NCBI GenBank assembly: GCA_038883655.1
Contig: JAVZLQ010000001.1
Span: 192,001 to 256,000 of the forward strand
Source of the DNA: Candidatus Bathyarchaeia archaeon
GTDB lineage: Archaea; Thermoproteota; Bathyarchaeia; Bathyarchaeales; Bathycorpusculaceae
DNA: 64,000 nt
Reading direction: 5' to 3'
Below the pieces are notes generated by a model. It was given only the letters and a program-made list of their open reading frames with translations. It ran no database searches and was not told where the DNA came from. This document shows positions 16,586 through 26,280 of the stretch, piece after piece; the first letter of the stretch is position 1; the number at the start of each line of letters is the position of its first letter. The position numbers and the translations under genes are program-made.

Positions 16586-17469
16586 TTAAGTGATTTTAGA
16601 TTGTATTTCCGCTATGCCTTTGAACACTCTTTCCTTCAAATCGCTTATCAACGCGGGATTAAAGTAGTTCTGCATGAAAACGCTTATGCCTATCCGTCCA
16701 TGTATGAAATCGATTTCTGGCGGTTTAAGGTATTGAGTCATTAGGGTAGCGTGAGCTTCTCTTATGTCTCCAAATTTGCATTCTAATCCGCGTTTCTGTA
16801 GTCGTTGGAGAATTGCGTGTGCGCTTGGCAAGGGTTTACTACAACTTATCTTTTCAATTATTTCTTTTGGCATGAAGACAACAAAGCTCTTTTTTGTGCG
16901 TCTTATGAATTTGTTTTTAAACTTGTAGTTTTCCAAAGCACAATTTTCACAGTTGTAGTATTCGCTTAACTTTCCTTCTCTATGGAGCTGGATTATCAAG
17001 TTGTAGCTTTCCACTGCTTCAACTAACCGCATACCGCTATACGTAATGAAATCAAAGAATAACGCCAAATCTGGAAAATCCGCCTTAATTTGTTTAACCC
17101 ACTGGAAAATGCTTTCTGGGTCTATAACCTTTGTTAATCGTTGAATCAAAAGGTCATCTTTCGCCTTTCCACTCCATTTCAAACCGTAGCTTCTAACTAG
17201 TTGTTTGAACTTCTCGTAAACTCCCAAATACTTCGCTAACACACTTAACGCCTTCAACACGTGACCACGCTTGTCATCACTTAAAACCATCAAATCACTC
17301 AAGTTCTCACTAACCAAACAATGCGCATACTGTCTAGCATAACTGAACCTTTCCCTCGCCCTATTACGCTTATACAACTTCAACAAATACTCAAAGAAAC
17401 CATCCCAATCAATCAAAAGTCGCCTTGGTAAGGCGGTGGTCGCGGGTTCAAATCCCGCCCGAGAACCGC
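16586..17469 (-). CDS. Tyrosine recombinase catalytic fragment int(C), SSV1-type
   Basis: YSGMRLVEA, RRTKK, DIREAHAT, IDFIHGR, MQNYF; frame continues through att (ALPRR-LLIDWDGF). Confidence 0.9.
17420..17469 (+). repeat. attR (duplicate tRNA-Thr 3' half; variant intron continues to 17485)
   Basis: 50 bp identical to 12578-12627, then a different 5-nt loop and 14 more identical bp. Confidence 0.93.
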
Positions 17470-17815
17470 TTTGGGCGGTCGGGAAGCTCTGATTTGAACT
17501 CGCGATCGCATTCGCTTCATTGTTTAGTGCTTGTTTTTAAGCCAATACTGATCTATCCCCCTAGGATTCTTTAGAAAATGGTGTATAGCCACAGCCTTAT
17601 TTTCCCTACCCCTCCCTCTAGGCATAAGACATCCAAAAAGTGTAGATCGTTAATTAGCCTTAGATCTGCACGTATAGTTAAAGATTCACGAGCAAATTGA
17701 AGGGCAGAAGTAAAAATGATAATTTTGAATTAGATGTCTATAAGGCGCATTTAGCCATAAATGTTTTCGAAAATCTTAAATGAAAATGATTTGATAACGT
17801 CTAAATGGTGTTATA

Positions 17816-18379
17816 ATGTCTAGAAAGGAATTTATTTATAAACTACCTCGTACATTCGAAGTTCTTGACGAAGAGGAACTTTCTCGAGATATACCCAAAC
17901 TGGATTTAGAGGAAGTTTATTTTGATGAAGTCAAAGAAGGGGATTTATCGATCATGAAAGTTCCTGTCACCTCCAAGATTGTTAAGTTATTTGCTATGAT
18001 TAGTGGAGATTATAATCCTCTTCATGTGGATGAGGAATTTGCAAGGACGCTTCCTCCAAAACTTTTTGGTGGAAAAAATATAGCGCATGGGATTCTTTTA
18101 AACTCTTTTTTAAGCGCGTTGATTACGCTTTCCTTTGGGAAAGGAGTAACGTTACTAGAATGGAAAGATCAGAAATTCAAAAGGCCTGTGAAGGTTGGAG
18201 ACACAATAACGGCAAAGCTTGAAGTTGTAAGGAAGTATACAGAAGTTGTAAAGGAAAAAGAGAGACTATTCCTCGAATTAAAAGGATCAATTTTGACCTC
18301 TTCGGAAGAGGGGGAGATAGAGGCAACAAGTTGCTTAATTCTTGTCACATTATTTAAGAAGTCAAGAAAATTAATGTAA
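17816..18379 (+). CDS. MaoC-family (R)-enoyl-CoA hydratase/dehydratase
   Basis: FAMISGDYNPLHVDEEFA, IAHGIL, FKRPVKVGDTI. Confidence 0.88.
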   Translation: MSRKEFIYKLPRTFEVLDEEELSRDIPKLDLEEVYFDEVKEGDLSIMKVPVTSKIVKLFAMISGDYNPLHVDEEFARTLPPKLFGGKNIAHGILLNSFLSALITLSFGKGVTLLEWKDQKFKRPVKVGDTITAKLEVVRKYTEVVKEKERLFLELKGSILTSSEEGEIEATSCLILVTLFKKSRKLM

Positions 18380-18396
18380 CATGTCATAGCGGTTTA

Positions 18397-19188
18397 TCAT
18401 TGTTGCTCCTTGATAAATTGTAATGCTATGTTGTTGAATTCTTCTGGACGTTCCCAGATTACCGCGTGCCCTGAATTCTTTATTGCGACAAAACGCGATC
18501 CTTGTATTTTGTTATGAATTATTTTAGAGTACTTTGGAGGCTTTATTTTATCATTTTCTGCAGCAATAATTAATGTCGGCTTTTTGATTTTGTAAAGTTC
18601 AGGTGTTATATTTAACTGCATAAAACCCTTTAGCAATTCAATAAAAGCATCAATGTCAACTGCGGTGTCATAAATTGGGGCTGTGCCACTCACGAAATCC
18701 CACCTTTTTTCTATGAACTCGTCAGAGAAAATATCCGGATAAACCGCTTGGAAAAGATACTTTCCACTTCTGAGTCTAGCCGCAATTAGCCATCTCTCAA
18801 CTATGGCTTTGACCACTGGATCTACGTGGCTTACTGCACAAGACACAATTAAAGATTTCACCATCTCCGGATATCTCGTTGCAAAGATTAAGGCAACCTC
18901 TCCGCCGAAAGATATTCCAACAATGTGGGCGCTTTGTATCTTTAGTTTCTGCATTAGTGCCCTAAGATCTTCTACATGAAGCTCCATAGGATATTTCATT
19001 AATGGCTTTTCCGATTTCCCTTGCCCCCTAAAATCTAACAAGAGCGTTTGAAATTGTTTTGCAAAATAGGGCACTTGATTCATCCAGCTTGAAGTGTTTG
19101 CAAGTATTCCGTTAAGAAAAACTATTGTTTCGCCGGCACCATGCAGCTCATAATACATTTGAATATCGTTTATTTTAGCGTAGGGCAT
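18397..19188 (-). CDS. Alpha/beta hydrolase
   Basis: DFRGQGKS, nucleophile elbow GISFG, SGH; start MPYAK at 19188. Confidence 0.88.
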   Translation of the reverse strand: MPYAKINDIQMYYELHGAGETIVFLNGILANTSSWMNQVPYFAKQFQTLLLDFRGQGKSEKPLMKYPMELHVEDLRALMQKLKIQSAHIVGISFGGEVALIFATRYPEMVKSLIVSCAVSHVDPVVKAIVERWLIAARLRSGKYLFQAVYPDIFSDEFIEKRWDFVSGTAPIYDTAVDIDAFIELLKGFMQLNITPELYKIKKPTLIIAAENDKIKPPKYSKIIHNKIQGSRFVAIKNSGHAVIWERPEEFNNIALQFIKEQQ

Positions 19189-19216
19189 ACGGGCTACCTC
19201 CCCATTTCCATTTATG

Positions 19217-20755
19217 TTAACCATATTTTTCGATAAGCTTTTCCCGCAAAATTTTGCCAGCTGGAGTTTTTGGTATAGAATCCACATATTCTATAACTTT
19301 TGGAATTTTGTATTTTGCCATTTTGTCTTCACAATATTTGATAACTTCTTCTTTGCTCAGTTTTTCTCCAGCTTTCAACGCAATTAACGCTTTAGGAACT
19401 TCTCCCCATTTTTCATCCGGAATTCCGAAAACAACTGCTTCCTGTATTTTCGGATGGGAACTAAGTATTCTCTCGATTTCTTCCGGATAAATGCTCTCGC
19501 TTCCGCTCCTTATCACGTTTTTCTTTCTACCTACTATGTAAAAGAAACCTTCCTTGTCATATTCGACTATGTCGCCAGTATGAAGCCACCCATCTTCTAA
19601 CGCTCTTGATGTCTCTTCAGGGTTGTTCCAATAACCCCCAAAAAGCGATGGTGCTCTTATGAGAAGTTCGCCAGGAGTATTAGGAGCCACTTCTTCTCCT
19701 TTATCGTTTACTACTTTAACGTCGATCAGAAGGTTGGGTTTTCCTATGGAACCCATTTTATTTATTGCGTCTTTGGGGTCTAGTGCAAAAACCCCTGGTC
19801 CTGCTTCTGTAAGGCCGTATCCTTGCTTTACTAAGACACCCTTTTTCAAGAAGGCATCAACAATGTCCTTAGTCAGAGCAGCTCCTCCCGTCGTAAACCA
19901 ACGGACAGAGGTAAGGTCGGCTGTCTTAAACTTTGGCGATTCTATAAGCATCTTAAGTTGGGTGGGTACAAGAAACTGGAAAGTGACTCTCTCCTTTTCA
20001 ATCAGTTCTAGAAGCTTTTCTGGGTTCCATCTATACATGAGTATATTTGTGCCTTGCCAAAAAAGTAATGGCAATGTGTATGTGTATCCACCAATGTGAA
20101 ATAGTGGAACGCATGTGACAGTAACTTCGCCGGGCACTATTAAGTCCCTAATAGTTATCATAGCATTCCAAAATATCATTCTGTATGGTATAATTGCGCC
20201 TTTCGGTGTTCCAGTTGTTCCTCCAGTCTGCAAAATCATGAATGGGTCTTCTAAATTAACTGGTGTCGGTTTGTCTAATCTTTCCTCATAATCTACTAAA
20301 TTCTCAAAATCTATCGAATCTATTATGTGGCTCTTTCCTAAATGCACGAGCCAACTGCCTTTTATCTTTTTTAAATCTTCAACTTTTTCGGTAAATTCTT
20401 CTTCGTATATGAGAACTTTAGGCTTGATTAGTGTTATTTGCTCCTCTATCTCTCTAGATGTATATCTAGTGTTGACTGGTATGAAGATACCGCCTATTTT
20501 TGTTGTTGCAAATAGTGCATCCAGCATTTCTATGCGATTCCATGAGATCATCGCAACTCTATCGCCTTTTTTAAGTTTTAATTCGTTCTTAAAGAAAGCA
20601 GCAATTCCATCTACTCTTTCACTGAAAACCTTGTAAGTGAATCGTCTTTCACTTTTTTCATCTATCAAAGCAACGTGATTTGGGTTTATTTTTGCATGCT
20701 GAGCTATCCAGTTATTAACCCAGTAGCCTTGTGTTGCAACGTTTTCTACGTTCAT
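19217..20755 (-). CDS. Acyl-CoA synthetase / long-chain fatty acid-CoA ligase
   Basis: QTGGTTGTPKG, QGYGLTE, WLHTGD, PKTPAGK. Confidence 0.92.
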   Translation of the reverse strand: MNVENVATQGYWVNNWIAQHAKINPNHVALIDEKSERRFTYKVFSERVDGIAAFFKNELKLKKGDRVAMISWNRIEMLDALFATTKIGGIFIPVNTRYTSREIEEQITLIKPKVLIYEEEFTEKVEDLKKIKGSWLVHLGKSHIIDSIDFENLVDYEERLDKPTPVNLEDPFMILQTGGTTGTPKGAIIPYRMIFWNAMITIRDLIVPGEVTVTCVPLFHIGGYTYTLPLLFWQGTNILMYRWNPEKLLELIEKERVTFQFLVPTQLKMLIESPKFKTADLTSVRWFTTGGAALTKDIVDAFLKKGVLVKQGYGLTEAGPGVFALDPKDAINKMGSIGKPNLLIDVKVVNDKGEEVAPNTPGELLIRAPSLFGGYWNNPEETSRALEDGWLHTGDIVEYDKEGFFYIVGRKKNVIRSGSESIYPEEIERILSSHPKIQEAVVFGIPDEKWGEVPKALIALKAGEKLSKEEVIKYCEDKMAKYKIPKVIEYVDSIPKTPAGKILREKLIEKYG

Positions 20756-20769
20756 ATCTCTTCCTTTAA

Positions 20770-21765
20770 TTATATCCATCTAAATAATGCGGCAGACATC
20801 ACGTATCCTACGCCAGAAGTGCAGAAGCACACAAGGTCATCTTTCTTAATTTTCCCTTGTTCCAGAGCGTCATGCAACGCGAATATCACGCATGCCGACC
20901 CGTTATATCCATATTTGTCCATTATCCAGTGAGTCTTTGTTAAGGGTAGGCCAAGTTCCTTCATAACATCCTTTATTGTATTTACGTTTACCTGCGTCAT
21001 CAATATCATATTTAAGTCTTCTACCTTATATCCCGCTTTCTTCACGGTGTCTCTAATAAGCTGAGGCCAATGCGCAAAGTTTATATCCGCTGGGTAGCGA
21101 TGACCACTTTCATGAAATCGTAAATAATGTTTTTTCTCTTCCACCATTTTGATGGTTATTGGGTTAGCTGTGCCCACGTAAATGCCGTAACAGTCCCAGT
21201 AACTTCCGTCAGCAATAATTTTTGAAGTTATATATCCAGGCTTATCCGAGGCGGTCAATATTACTGCTCCAGCACCATCGCTAAAAATCGGGGCTAGCCA
21301 CTTTTCGTTCCAGTCAAGCCACTTAGTCATTCCATAGGATCCTGTTACAAGTACATAATTTATGCTTGGGTCATTCATAATGTAGTTTGATGCTATAGAA
21401 AGAGCGATGGGCACGTCTGTACAAGCGGCATTAATATCGAAGCAACCTGCATTTTTGGCTCCAAGCTTGTGTTGAATAACGGCTGATGTTGGTGGACTTA
21501 CAAAGTCGGGAGTATCAGTAGCTAAGATAAGGAGATCTAAATCTTCTGGCTTTAAATTTGCATTTTTAAGTGCGTGTCGAGCTGCTTCTACAGCCATATC
21601 AGAAGTAGCCTCGTTAGGTTCTGAAATGTGTCTTAAAGTGATTCCTGTTCTTGGGCGAAGCCATCCATCAACATCAAATCCTATTCGTTTTCCTAATTCT
21701 TCGTTTGTTTCAACTTTTTTCGGTAGGTAAATTCCTGTGCTCAAAATTTTTGCGTATCTATTCAT
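20770..21765 (-). CDS. fabH: 3-oxoacyl-ACP synthase III (FabH)-like protein, atypical active site
   Basis: TGIYLP, DINAACT, FSDGAGA; His and Asn positions read LMTQVN and YGYNGS. Confidence 0.8.
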   Translation of the reverse strand: MNRYAKILSTGIYLPKKVETNEELGKRIGFDVDGWLRPRTGITLRHISEPNEATSDMAVEAARHALKNANLKPEDLDLLILATDTPDFVSPPTSAVIQHKLGAKNAGCFDINAACTDVPIALSIASNYIMNDPSINYVLVTGSYGMTKWLDWNEKWLAPIFSDGAGAVILTASDKPGYITSKIIADGSYWDCYGIYVGTANPITIKMVEEKKHYLRFHESGHRYPADINFAHWPQLIRDTVKKAGYKVEDLNMILMTQVNVNTIKDVMKELGLPLTKTHWIMDKYGYNGSACVIFALHDALEQGKIKKDDLVCFCTSGVGYVMSAALFRWI

Positions 21766-21777
21766 ATCTCCAATCTC

Positions 21778-22542
21778 CTAAATTTTTATTTTATGTAGAA
21801 ATTCTTCCAATAAGCTATTGAATTTTTCTGGGGCTTCTCTATTCGGCAAGTGCCCAACGCCTGGTATTATTTGCAAGATTGATCCCTGTATGGATTTGCT
21901 TATTGTTTCGGCGGAGCTTACTGGAGTGACTATGTCAAGATCTCCTACTATTATAAGTGTTGGAACTTTGATTTTCGGCAAGAGTTCGGAGTAGTCAAGC
22001 ATGGACGTTGCCTCTGCTGATTGAATGTAGACGTCTTTTCTGGTTCCTGCAATCATCTTTGCTACTTCTTCTTTGAGTTGTTCTGGTGCATTCGCAGCGA
22101 GGGCGAATGTGGCTACTTCAGCGCCAATTATTTCCATGCTCATGCCTTCTAAGACTGCAGTTTGTGCTGGTGGAAATTTGTGTCTAGCAGCCACTAAGAT
22201 CATGCTTAAAAAGTAGTCTGGATATTTTTTGTACATTTCAAAAAGAACTAATGCGCCCATTGAAAGACCGCAAAAATGCGCCTTTTTTATCCCTAAATGG
22301 TCAAGTAGACTTTTGACATCCTCTGCAAAATCTTCAATTTCGATTTTCTTTTTTGGGGTACTTGACTTTCCATGCCCTCGCAAGTCCAAAGCAACAACCC
22401 TGAATTTTTCAGAAAAAAAGTTAACTTGGTGTCTCCAACTCTCAAGAGATTCTCCTAACCCGTGAATAAAAACAATGTTTTCAGATCCTGTTCCCTCGAA
22501 CACGTAGTTTATCTTTACGCCGTTTATTTCAACTTGAGGCAA
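21778..22542 (-). CDS. Alpha/beta hydrolase (PcaD-like)
   Basis: FIHGLG, DLRGHGKS, GLSMG, GVGHL. Confidence 0.88.
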   Translation of the reverse strand: MPQVEINGVKINYVFEGTGSENIVFIHGLGESLESWRHQVNFFSEKFRVVALDLRGHGKSSTPKKKIEIEDFAEDVKSLLDHLGIKKAHFCGLSMGALVLFEMYKKYPDYFLSMILVAARHKFPPAQTAVLEGMSMEIIGAEVATFALAANAPEQLKEEVAKMIAGTRKDVYIQSAEATSMLDYSELLPKIKVPTLIIVGDLDIVTPVSSAETISKSIQGSILQIIPGVGHLPNREAPEKFNSLLEEFLHKIKI

Positions 22543-22635
22543 GCAAAGTTCTCCCCGACATATAATTCTAGATTAGTATTTTTGGCATTTGTAATTATTT
22601 AAATCTAATTGCATAGTTTGTCGGTTATTAACGTT

Positions 22636-23358
22636 CTAAATACTTACTCCCAAATGCTTTCTTATCAATTCTTTATCTTCCGCCACATCTTCCATATTAC
22701 CATGGTGAACTATTTTGCCCATTTCCAGAATGTAACATTCATCTCCAACTTCTCTTGCCAATTTGAAGCTCTGCTCCACTAAAATCATTGTGACTTGCTC
22801 TTTAAGTTTAACCAATGTTTCTGAAAACTTCTTTACAAGGATAGGGCTTAACCCCTCTGTTGGCTCATCAATTAAAAGGAGCTCGTTTTTATTAATTATT
22901 GCACGGGCAATCAGCAGCATTTTTTGTTGTCCACCGCTTAAATTATGAGCTTTATCTTTCAACATATTTTTTAGATTTGGAAATATGTCGAAAATGAATT
23001 GTAACCTTTCTTTATAGGAATCTTCTGGGCCTTTGAATGCTATTTGAAGGTTTTCTTCAACTGTTAGCTTACCAAAAATTTTTCTTTGAGAGGGAACATA
23101 AGCGATTCCCTTCCTTGCGATTTCGTACGTGGGTAATTTTGTTATTTCTTCTCCCTTGAAGATTACCTTTCCTGACTTGGTGGGAATAATATTCATTATG
23201 CTTTTAAGCAGAGTTGTTTTACCTGCACCATTTCTTCCAAGTATTACAGTTAACTTGCCTTTTTCAGCAGCGAATGATACTCCTTGAAGTATGTGAAATG
23301 GACCAATATAGGTGTGCATGTCTTCGACGTGCAGCAACCCCACTTTAGTCTCCTCCAA
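22636..23358 (-). CDS. livF: Branched-chain amino acid-type ABC transporter ATPase
   Basis: GRNGAGKTT, LSGGQQKML, IDEPTEGL. Confidence 0.88.
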   Translation of the reverse strand: MEETKVGLLHVEDMHTYIGPFHILQGVSFAAEKGKLTVILGRNGAGKTTLLKSIMNIIPTKSGKVIFKGEEITKLPTYEIARKGIAYVPSQRKIFGKLTVEENLQIAFKGPEDSYKERLQFIFDIFPNLKNMLKDKAHNLSGGQQKMLLIARAIINKNELLLIDEPTEGLSPILVKKFSETLVKLKEQVTMILVEQSFKLAREVGDECYILEMGKIVHHGNMEDVAEDKELIRKHLGVSI

Positions 23359-24106
23359 GGTAAACTTTTTGAACTAATTCATTTTCGGCAATTTCTTTTG
23401 GAGTACCATCCGCAATAACAGCCCCTTCATGCATAACCATAACCGAGTCACATATGCCCATAATAACATCAATCTTGTGTTCAACGAGAAGAATTGTAAT
23501 TTTTGAATTCTGCTTTATTTTTCGTATTGCATTCACAACGTCTGGCACTTCCTCCATCGATACGCCTGCAGTAGGTTCATCAAGCAACAGAAGTTCTGGA
23601 TCTGTTGCGATTGCCATGGCAATTTCAAGTTTTCTTTGATCGCTATGCGGCAAGAAATTTACTGGATAAAATGCTTTTTGTTTTAAACCAATGCTTTCTA
23701 GAATTTCAAGGGCTCTTCTGTGATATTCTTTAAAGCGATCTATGCTAGAATAGAAATTGTAGTTTTCTCTTCCTATCGATTGTACGGCTAATCTTACATT
23801 TTCTAAGACTGATAATCTTGCAAAGACATTTGTTATTTGAAATGATCTGCTAATTCCTTTTTTAGAAATTTTGTTTGGTGGCAATCCAGTAATATCTTCT
23901 CCTTTAAAGAATATCCTTCCACTAGTGGGTTTCAGGAGTCCACAGATTAAGTTAAATAGCGTCGTTTTTCCAGCTCCGTTGGGGCCTATTAAGCCTTTGC
24001 AAATTCCTTGTTCTATGGTAATGCTGACGTTGTTAACTGCTGCCAATCCGCCGAATTTTTTGGTTAAGTCCCTTGTTTCTAATATAGCGCTGCTTAAATT
24101 CGTCAT
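23345..24106 (-). CDS. livG: Branched-chain amino acid-type ABC transporter ATPase
   Basis: FGGLAAV, GPNGAGKTT, LLDEPTAG, VEH. Confidence 0.88.
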   Translation of the reverse strand: MTNLSSAILETRDLTKKFGGLAAVNNVSITIEQGICKGLIGPNGAGKTTLFNLICGLLKPTSGRIFFKGEDITGLPPNKISKKGISRSFQITNVFARLSVLENVRLAVQSIGRENYNFYSSIDRFKEYHRRALEILESIGLKQKAFYPVNFLPHSDQRKLEIAMAIATDPELLLLDEPTAGVSMEEVPDVVNAIRKIKQNSKITILLVEHKIDVIMGICDSVMVMHEGAVIADGTPKEIAENELVQKVYLGGD

Positions 24107-24107
24107 T

Positions 24108-25340
24108 CTATTTACCTCTTATAGAAGTTTTTATTAATGTCGCTATTTTTTTGATGTTTTTCTTTACAGACACTCTCTTTAGTTTCCACGTAATTACAAT
24201 GCCGTATGGGAAGAATAATATTACAACTATGTAGAATACGCCCAAAACCAGCATCCAATACTCTCCAATACCACGAATGCTTGTCAACTCATTTGCTAAA
24301 AGCGTGATTATCCCTGCGCCAAGCATGGGTCCGACCAATGTGCCTAAACCGCCGAGGATGTTGTAAAGCAGTATATTTATCATGATAGCAGAGCTTAGAA
24401 CACTGTATGGGCTGATGCTTAGGGCAAAGGGAGTGTAAAGTGCTCCAGCCAGGCTTGCAAACATGCTTGAAATGATTGAAGCAATTAACTTGTAAATTGG
24501 CACGTCATAACCCAACATTTTCGTTCTTTCCTCGTTTTCTCTAATAGCCACAAATATTTTACCCATTGGAGAGTCTATGATTCTCTTTGCAATGAGGTAA
24601 CATATTGCAATAGGAAGTAAAGCGATAAGGTAGTATGTGTTCGTGACCATTATCATCGTGTTTTTCTCCCTGATTGATCCCTCTAGAAGGATATTCAGTT
24701 TCGATGGAAAACTGTAGATTAATATCGCAAGAACTGCTGCTATGAAAGCGCAATATGCGATTTTGTTCTTGATAGCTTTATTCTTATTTGCCAAGTCACG
24801 TAATATGGTCAAAAATAGCATAATCACTATTGCGATAGAAATTACAAACATCGCGTAGATAATTAAATCGAATCTTAAAAATTCGGGTCTTGGAACAGAA
24901 AGTCCGGTTTCGCCCCCTGACAGTTCAACCCATTTGTTGAAAATTGCGAAAATCATCTCTGCAAAGGCCAGTGTAACTAATGCATAGTATATTCCGCTAA
25001 CTCTGAAGGTGAAGATGCCTAATGCCAGCCCAACTAGCGCGCCAAATAATATTGCTATCAAAACAGCTAAGAGAAAGGGAAAATTCATCCTTAAAAGTAA
25101 TGCGACCACATAAGCGCCGATGCCGAATGGTGCAGCATGGCCAAAACTTACCAAACTTGTGTAGCCCAAGGCTAAGTCGTAGCTCATAGCGAGTAACGCC
25201 CAAATGAGCATTTCTGTTAGCAGTGATAAGTAATACACGGAAGGCGTTGCTATCGGAAAAGTAAACAATAATGCGAAGCTTGCCAGCAGAAGTTTCTTTT
25301 TTGTCAAAACTTCAAAGCTGCGTTTGATGATTTTGATCAT
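24108..25340 (-). CDS. livM: Branched-chain amino acid-type ABC transporter permease
   Basis: VSFGHAAPFGIGAY, AIRENEER, GGLGTLVGP. Confidence 0.86.
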   Translation of the reverse strand: MIKIIKRSFEVLTKKKLLLASFALLFTFPIATPSVYYLSLLTEMLIWALLAMSYDLALGYTSLVSFGHAAPFGIGAYVVALLLRMNFPFLLAVLIAILFGALVGLALGIFTFRVSGIYYALVTLAFAEMIFAIFNKWVELSGGETGLSVPRPEFLRFDLIIYAMFVISIAIVIMLFLTILRDLANKNKAIKNKIAYCAFIAAVLAILIYSFPSKLNILLEGSIREKNTMIMVTNTYYLIALLPIAICYLIAKRIIDSPMGKIFVAIRENEERTKMLGYDVPIYKLIASIISSMFASLAGALYTPFALSISPYSVLSSAIMINILLYNILGGLGTLVGPMLGAGIITLLANELTSIRGIGEYWMLVLGVFYIVVILFFPYGIVITWKLKRVSVKKNIKKIATLIKTSIRGK

Positions 25341-25341
25341 A

Positions 25342-26178
25342 TTATTTTCCCACGCCAAATAGTCCTTCTGTTCTTATCAGTAGAACAATAGCCATCGCCA
25401 GAAAGTCAATAACAAAAGTTAGTTGAGGGAAGAAATATTCTGAGAGTCCATGAAGCATTCCAATTATGAGGCTCCCATAAAAAGAGCCCTTAAAGCTTCC
25501 TAATCCGCCAACCACCGTTACAACTAGGCTAGTGAACATCCATGTCGACCCCATCTGTGGCGTTGCTCCGAGCCAAGGTACTGCAGAAGCCCCGCCGAAA
25601 GCGGCTAGTAAGGCTCCGAATCCAAATGTTAACGTGAAAACTCTTTTTATGTTGATGCCTAAAGCTTCCACCATCTCCGCATCCTCTGTTCCTGCTTGGA
25701 CGATTATGCCCATTTTGGTTCGAGTTAAAAGTAGATATGTAAAGACAGCAATCATGAAACCGAGGAATGCGAGAAAAGTTCGATATGCTGAACCACTAAG
25801 GTATGGCAGATAGAAAATTTTTGGTGTGCGTCCCCAAATTATTAGCACAAGTTGAGAGAATAAGAGTAAATAGCCCAATGTAAGCATTATTTGAGCTATT
25901 GGATTGCCATGTACACGGCGAAGGGTTAAGCGTTCGACTATTACCCCTATCAAGAAGCCGAAAAAGGCTGCGCAGATTAATGCAACAGCAAAATTGTTAG
26001 TTAATTCGAAAAATGTTACGGCAATGTAGGCTCCTATCATGAAAAAGGCTCCATGGGCAAAGTTTAGGATTCCCATTAAACCAAATATTATGGAGAAGCC
26101 AGATGCTATGAGAAAGAGTAGCATTGAGTAAGCTAATCCATCTAGAATTGCAGCTGCGACCAGATTTGGATCAATCAT
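25342..26178 (-). CDS. livH: Branched-chain amino acid-type ABC transporter permease
   Basis: GLMGILNFAHG, VVGGLGSFKG. Confidence 0.88.
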   Translation of the reverse strand: MIDPNLVAAAILDGLAYSMLLFLIASGFSIIFGLMGILNFAHGAFFMIGAYIAVTFFELTNNFAVALICAAFFGFLIGVIVERLTLRRVHGNPIAQIMLTLGYLLLFSQLVLIIWGRTPKIFYLPYLSGSAYRTFLAFLGFMIAVFTYLLLTRTKMGIIVQAGTEDAEMVEALGINIKRVFTLTFGFGALLAAFGGASAVPWLGATPQMGSTWMFTSLVVTVVGGLGSFKGSFYGSLIIGMLHGLSEYFFPQLTFVIDFLAMAIVLLIRTEGLFGVGK

Positions 26179-26280
26179 GTGAAAATCTCCAGTTCATGTG
26201 GCTGAGCTAAAATTTTATATTAAAAAAGGTTTATAAAACTTGTTTTAATCATAGTTTGAAGCTTAGGGGAGTAAAAACTA

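Larger units (their letters stand above)
12578..17469. mobile_element. Small integrated element (~4842-bp circle) in tRNA-Thr with SSV1-type split integrase
   Basis: 50-bp direct repeat at 12578-12627 and 17420-17469; integrase halves at the two ends, in frame across the att site. Confidence 0.92.
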
